The notes below the pieces were generated by a model. It saw nothing but the letters and a program-made list of their open reading frames with translations, was not told where the DNA came from and did not search any database. Position numbers and translations under genes: made by a program. Of a DNA stretch of 64,000 nt, positions 59,367-64,000 are shown in pieces (the first letter of the stretch is position 1; each line of letters opens with the position of its first letter). Origin of the DNA: Muribaculaceae bacterium (GTDB lineage: Bacteria > Bacteroidota > Bacteroidia > Bacteroidales > Muribaculaceae); NCBI GenBank assembly GCA_029061225.1, contig JAIDSM010000122.1, positions 1,909-65,908 of the forward strand, read 5' to 3'.

Positions 59367-60488
59367 ATGGAGCGGCACCGTCTTTTAGGAATGGCTCTTT
59401 CGTTCGTGCCAGGCATGAACGCTCAGTTTGTGCGCCATATGGAAGAAGCCGGTGTTGGTCTGGAGGAGTTCTTTTCTTCAGGACAGCAGGAGCTTGCAGC
59501 ACGCCTCAATATTCCGGCAAATCCAATGCTCGACCGTATGGTGCGTGATGAAGCTTTGTTCAAGGCACGCAAGGAATCGGAGTTTATGGAGCGTCATGGT
59601 ATCATCTCGCTCTCCTTGACCGACGGAGATTATCCTTCAAGGCTTGTAGATATAGAAAAGGCTCCGGTCACTCTCTTCAAGCTTGGCGCGGCCGATCTGG
59701 ACGCTGAGAAAATGCTTAGCATAGTGGGAACAAGGCATGCTACTGCCTATGGGACGCGCTACGTCGCCTCCCTCGTCGAAGATTTGGCTCCGTATTTCCC
59801 GGATATGGTGATTGTAAGTGGTCTTGCGCTTGGTATTGATTCCGCTGCCCACGAGGCCGCCCTTAAGGCAGGGCTTCCCACAGTGGCGGTGGTGGCGCAC
59901 GGACTGAATACAATTTATCCCTCTCAGAACCGCGACCTTGCGAAGCGCATTATCGCAGCGGGAGGAGCCATTGTCTCGGAGTATCCATCCGGCGTCACTC
60001 CATATCGAAGTAGGTTTCTTGAGCGAAACCGTATCGTGGCAACGATGACCGATGCTGTGCTCGTGGCCGAATCAGCTGATAAGGGAGGAGCGATGTCGAC
60101 GGCAGCAGTAGCTTCTTCATTCGGTCGCGAGCTTCTTGCCCTGCCCGGTAGAATCGGTGATGAGATGAGTGCCGGCTGCAACCGGCTCATAAGGAGCCAG
60201 AAGGCACTTATGGCAGGGAGTGCCGCAGATATGATCTCCATGCTTGGTTGGCAGCCTAAAAACTTTCCTGTGGCTCCGCGCCAACGGGATCTTTTCCCGG
60301 AGCTCGAAGGTGCTCAGAAACTCATATATGATGCATTGCGGCAGGCTCAGCAACCAATGCCTGTCGATGCCCTCCGCGACCGAACCGGTCTCCCTATCCA
60401 TGACCTGATGGCCTCTCTCGGAGAGATGGAATTCGACGGCATTGTCGAGCGTATTCCCGGCAATCGCTTCTCCCTTATTTCCTATTGA
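59367..60488 (+). CDS. dprA: DNA-processing protein DprA
   Basis: IVGTR, VSGLALGID..AH, F.ERNRI, C-terminal winged helix. Confidence 0.94.
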   Translation: MERHRLLGMALSFVPGMNAQFVRHMEEAGVGLEEFFSSGQQELAARLNIPANPMLDRMVRDEALFKARKESEFMERHGIISLSLTDGDYPSRLVDIEKAPVTLFKLGAADLDAEKMLSIVGTRHATAYGTRYVASLVEDLAPYFPDMVIVSGLALGIDSAAHEAALKAGLPTVAVVAHGLNTIYPSQNRDLAKRIIAAGGAIVSEYPSGVTPYRSRFLERNRIVATMTDAVLVAESADKGGAMSTAAVASSFGRELLALPGRIGDEMSAGCNRLIRSQKALMAGSAADMISMLGWQPKNFPVAPRQRDLFPELEGAQKLIYDALRQAQQPMPVDALRDRTGLPIHDLMASLGEMEFDGIVERIPGNRFSLISY

Positions 60489-60528
60489 CGCGCACTGCTC
60501 GATTCGCTTTCCGATATCGACAGACAGT

Positions 60529-60566
60529 AAAAAATGCATGGCCGGTTATTATCCCGACCATGCATA
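60529..60566. terminator. Terminator between convergent dprA and GH35 genes
   Basis: AAAAA-TGCATGG.CGG...CCG.CCATGCA. Confidence 0.6.
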
Positions 60567-60592
60567 ATTAATATTACATTGTGCATTGCGCA

Positions 60593-62974
60593 TTATTTCT
60601 TAAATGCCTTCGGGCTGACATATACCTTGAAGTCCTTGATCGCACCCGGCACATCGCTCTCCATGCGCGGTAGTACCTGAATTCCGGAGATCTTCTTATC
60701 TCCTCCAAGATCGATGACGAGGTAGTGTGGGAAAGGAATACCCTTTGCTGTGCTCCAGTAGGTGGATTCCTGAAGGTCGAATACCTTGTCGCCTGCACGG
60801 TTGTTTTTCTTTGTATCCTCGCTGTCGGCATAGTAGACGGTCCATGGCTCCCGTGAGAGACGGTTTCCGTCTTCGTCAAGCACATAGAATTCGGCGATTG
60901 AGGCCGTTTCCTTGCCGTTGATGGAGTTCAGGGCCTCGAGGCAAAGCCAGCGTCCGTCTGCAGGCTCGGAAAGCTTGAACTCCTGCCAGCCGTTGCCCGG
61001 CTGGAATGATGCTGAAAGCACGGCTTTCTCACCCGTCAGGTCGAGTGTCTCACCCTCCTCGCGGTGAGTGGTAGGCTTCTTCACCTGAAGGTTGTCGATC
61101 ATCGGAGTTTTCAGACCTGCCGATTTTGCTTCCTTCGGTCCCAGGATATCGAATACCATTATTTCGTTTTCTCCCTTTTTGAGCCAGCATCCCGGCATAT
61201 AGAGCGTCTGCTGCGGGCCGATTTCCCAGATGCGTCCGAGGGGATGTCCGTTGACGTATACGAGTCCTTTGCCCCATGTCTCGAAATTGAGGAAAGTGTC
61301 TGAGGGTTTGCTGACATTGAAAGTCCCTTTATATACGCCTCTCGGAAGTCTTCCGTCGGGTCCCGGTGTGAAGGCTCCTACGGGGAAGTATTCCATAGAC
61401 TCATAGAATTCTTCCGTGTCTTCGAGATTAAAGACTTCCCAGTTCTTGAGGTCGCAGGTGAAGGAGTATCCGTTGCGTTCTTCGGTGAGTATGACGTTGT
61501 CGGTGATTCCCTTGAAGTCCTTGATGGCTCGTCCGAAGTTGATGCGTCCCATGGCCTCTACGAGGATATCGAGTTTCGCGTCTTTCGCGCAGGCAGGAAG
61601 CAGCACGTTCTTCTCTCCCATGCGGCGGTCTACTGTGCCTACATATTTATCGTCTACGAATACCTGAACGTAGTCGTGGGGTTCGTTGATTGTAAGCACA
61701 CCTCCGTTCTTGAGCTCGGGAAGCGTGGTGCGGTAGAGGATGCTGCCGAAACCCTGGTCGAATTCCTCCATTGTCTTGATGTCACGGGTCTTCTTAGCCT
61801 CGGGGAGGTTGGAGAAGAGTGGAGCTACCATGTCAAACTGGAATTCCTTGACTTCAATGGGCTTGATGGTGGCCGGAATGGCCGGAAGTTTCTTTCCGTC
61901 GTAGTATTTTTCGAGTGTCTTGCGCAGATCCATGTATTTGGGTGTGATCTGTCCGCTCTCGCTTATGGGCGCGTCATAATCATATGAAGTCACGTCGGGC
62001 GCGAACCCCGGAGAATTGGCGCCTGCCCAGTGACCCCAGTTGGTGCCTCCGTGAGTCATGTATAGACTGAAGGAAATACCCTTGGATAGCATCTCGTCGA
62101 TGCCGGCAATCATGTCTTCCGATGGGCGTGTCTCATGGTTGGCGCCCCATTTGTCAAACCATCCGCTCCAAAACTCGGAGCACATCAGAGGACTCTCAGG
62201 ACGCAGCTCCTTGAGTTTGGCAAACTGCTGGTCGATATTTGCACCGGTTCCGAAGTTCATCGTCCAGATCAGGTCGTCAAGGCCATTGTTTGTAAAGTTA
62301 GACGACCAGTCGCATTGGAATAGAGTGACGTCTTCACCGAAATTCTTGCGTAGCATATCGCGGATATTGGCTACGTAAGGTTTATCGGTGCCGTAGGATC
62401 CGTATTCATTCTCTACCTGCACCATAATGATCGGCCCGCCATCTGCTACTGTAAGGTCTCCTACCTGATCGGCAACTGCTTTCTGGAATTTATCCACTCG
62501 CTCCAGGAAGTATGGATCGTTCTCGCGTAGCTTGATGTCCTTTTTCTTTAGAAGCCACCAGGGTAGGCCTCCCATTTCCCACTCGGCGCATACATACGGA
62601 CCGGGACGTAGGATCACCTTCATGTCGTTTTCCTGACATAGTTTGATGAATTCCCGTAGATCGTTCTGTCCGGTGAAGTCGAACTGGTCTTCTTTTGGCT
62701 CATGGGAGTTCCAGAATGTATATAGGCAGATGGTGTTCATCCCCAGGGCTTTGCAAAGCTTTATTCGCTGGTCCCAGTACGGACGCGGGATACGGGGGTA
62801 ATGTAGTTCGGCAGCCTTTACTACGAATGGTTCTCCGTTTAGAAGGAATGTGCCGTTACCGGCCTCGAACTTACCCGGGGTTGCCGCAGTGCCGGCAGCC
62901 GTGATCGGCTGGGCGAGGAGCATGGAGAGCATTGCTCCGGCGGCGAGGATGGTTGGTTTCAGTTTGAGTCTCAT
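60593..62974 (-). CDS. GH35 beta-galactosidase with C-terminal F5/8 type C (CBM32-like) domain
   Basis: ELHYPRIP, LRPGPYVCAEW, QVENEYG, SEFWSGWFD.WG, TSYDYDAP. Confidence 0.93.
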   Translation of the reverse strand: MRLKLKPTILAAGAMLSMLLAQPITAAGTAATPGKFEAGNGTFLLNGEPFVVKAAELHYPRIPRPYWDQRIKLCKALGMNTICLYTFWNSHEPKEDQFDFTGQNDLREFIKLCQENDMKVILRPGPYVCAEWEMGGLPWWLLKKKDIKLRENDPYFLERVDKFQKAVADQVGDLTVADGGPIIMVQVENEYGSYGTDKPYVANIRDMLRKNFGEDVTLFQCDWSSNFTNNGLDDLIWTMNFGTGANIDQQFAKLKELRPESPLMCSEFWSGWFDKWGANHETRPSEDMIAGIDEMLSKGISFSLYMTHGGTNWGHWAGANSPGFAPDVTSYDYDAPISESGQITPKYMDLRKTLEKYYDGKKLPAIPATIKPIEVKEFQFDMVAPLFSNLPEAKKTRDIKTMEEFDQGFGSILYRTTLPELKNGGVLTINEPHDYVQVFVDDKYVGTVDRRMGEKNVLLPACAKDAKLDILVEAMGRINFGRAIKDFKGITDNVILTEERNGYSFTCDLKNWEVFNLEDTEEFYESMEYFPVGAFTPGPDGRLPRGVYKGTFNVSKPSDTFLNFETWGKGLVYVNGHPLGRIWEIGPQQTLYMPGCWLKKGENEIMVFDILGPKEAKSAGLKTPMIDNLQVKKPTTHREEGETLDLTGEKAVLSASFQPGNGWQEFKLSEPADGRWLCLEALNSINGKETASIAEFYVLDEDGNRLSREPWTVYYADSEDTKKNNRAGDKVFDLQESTYWSTAKGIPFPHYLVIDLGGDKKISGIQVLPRMESDVPGAIKDFKVYVSPKAFKK

Positions 62975-62998
62975 GAGGTATCGTTGGTCTATTAGGTT

Positions 62999-63460
62999 TC
63001 AGAGAAATCGGCGGATGGCTTCCGCCGTATACTTTTGCAGGCTATTGTCGGAGTTTGCCAGTCCCTCAGCGATGTCTGCGCTGAAAGGAAGATAGCGCAG
63101 AAGTCGGAAAGCGAGTATGTCTGCCTCCTCTCTTGTCGCCGTCCCTACGGCCCACTCTGTGGCCATCTCTTTGTCTACGAGCGAATGAGGCATAAGATGG
63201 CATGCGAGTAGTCTCGCTTCGCGGCATTCACGGTCGTTCCAGAGGCCGACGGCGAGTTCGGCTGCCTCCTCGTTGGTCTGAGGCTTGAATCTCTCGGCTA
63301 TATCCTTTATCTGGGGGAGCTGAAGCCCGAAGATATACTTCTGCTCCAGTCCCCCCTTTCTCAGTGTGTCTGCTATCAGTCCGTTGCGCAGGGCATAGAA
63401 TTCCTTGCGGATCAGCCGGCTGATGTCTTGTCGTGTGGATTGGTCCATGTACGATGTCAT
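62999..63460 (-). CDS. Short DNA-alkylation-repair (AlkD-like HEAT-repeat) protein
   Basis: NG...G..FGL.LPQI...LA..LW....RE.RLLA pattern. Confidence 0.6.
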   Translation of the reverse strand: MTSYMDQSTRQDISRLIRKEFYALRNGLIADTLRKGGLEQKYIFGLQLPQIKDIAERFKPQTNEEAAELAVGLWNDRECREARLLACHLMPHSLVDKEMATEWAVGTATREEADILAFRLLRYLPFSADIAEGLANSDNSLQKYTAEAIRRFL

Positions 63461-64000
63461 TTGCCTGTGCCCAGAGCGTTGTAGTCACGGCTAAGGCGGA
63501 GCATCTGTTCAGGATAGCTTTCCGTGTAGGTTATCTTCACGTCTGTGATATTGCCCTCCTGATCATATTCAGGCACATAGACGGGATTGACAAATCCCCT
63601 GTAGGGAGGAATGTCGAGAGTGGAGAAACGCTGGAGCACTTCCTTATGGAGTTTCGGATCTACCTTGACAGCATATTTCTGGATAAGGTCGTTGCCGGCC
63701 TTGTAGTCTCCAGTAGACTTGATACGCTGGATCTCCTTGAGAAGTTCTCCGAAGAGGCGGCGCAGCTCCTTATAGTCGTTTATCTTCAGATATGTCTTGC
63801 CGTTTTTCTTCACGAGCTCTGCCGCTTTCGTCTTCTTGGCGTGGTCAAGCGTCCAAGCCGCGATGAGCTGGCGGTCGCGCATGTGCGCCTCCTCGATGTC
63901 ATTGCCCGGTTCGATGCGGTTTAACTGCGTCATGAGGCCGTTCATCATCTGCTGGTAGTATTCGGCTTTATATGCCTCTGGGTCGGAAATGATGCCGAGT
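63457..64000 (-). CDS. Dipeptidyl-peptidase III (M49), C-terminal part; 5' end outside window
   Basis: NGLMTQL.RI..G..IEEAHMR.R, IQRIKSTGD, PY.GFVNP. Confidence 0.85.
   Translation of the reverse strand, partial: LGIISDPEAYKAEYYQQMMNGLMTQLNRIEPGNDIEEAHMRDRQLIAAWTLDHAKKTKAAELVKKNGKTYLKINDYKELRRLFGELLKEIQRIKSTGDYKAGNDLIQKYAVKVDPKLHKEVLQRFSTLDIPPYRGFVNPVYVPEYDQEGNITDVKITYTESYPEQMLRLSRDYNALGTGK

Noticed and set aside
16794-60488. comF-like and dprA as a competence system
   Set aside because: They are 42 kb apart among housekeeping genes, with no uptake machinery in the window.

Overview
Bacteroidales chromosome segment, probably Muribaculaceae-like (inferred from recurrent TAnnTTTG -7 promoter boxes, T9SS-type C-terminal signals and the gene set). 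Positions 1-15.2 kb are an accreted island downstream of a minus-strand tRNA(CAT) gene (15110-15183, most like tRNA-Ile2). A ~10.1-kb integrative mobilizable element is bounded by a perfect 45-bp direct repeat of the tRNA 3' half (4969-5013 = 15108-15152). It carries a tyrosine integrase, an AAA-ATPase/PD-(D/E)xK-like protein, a DUF3853 protein, a degenerate Toprim protein, an oriT-like hairpin, relaxase, MobC, and an AT-rich three-gene cargo (small TM protein, J-domain protein, tandem PsbP-like lipoprotein) behind a long structured leader. Beyond it lies an array of three ~106-bp tRNA-derived units in which the anticodon loop is replaced by a variable 18-nt insert, each separated from the next tRNA piece by a terminator. 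A second, decayed element follows (integrase, 8x12-bp TAGAC array, oriT-like hairpin, mobC pseudogene) and runs off the left edge. Positions 15.4-64 kb are mostly core genes (prmC, recX, comF-like, pyrE, dgt, cysS, ispG, DEAD-box helicase, gltX, rluB-like, asnS, lnb-like, secA, dprA, GH35, DPP III), plus surface-protein clusters, a 59-aa DUF4250-like gene missed by the ORF track, and a candidate sRNA. All family calls come from motif recognition by eye; no searches were run.
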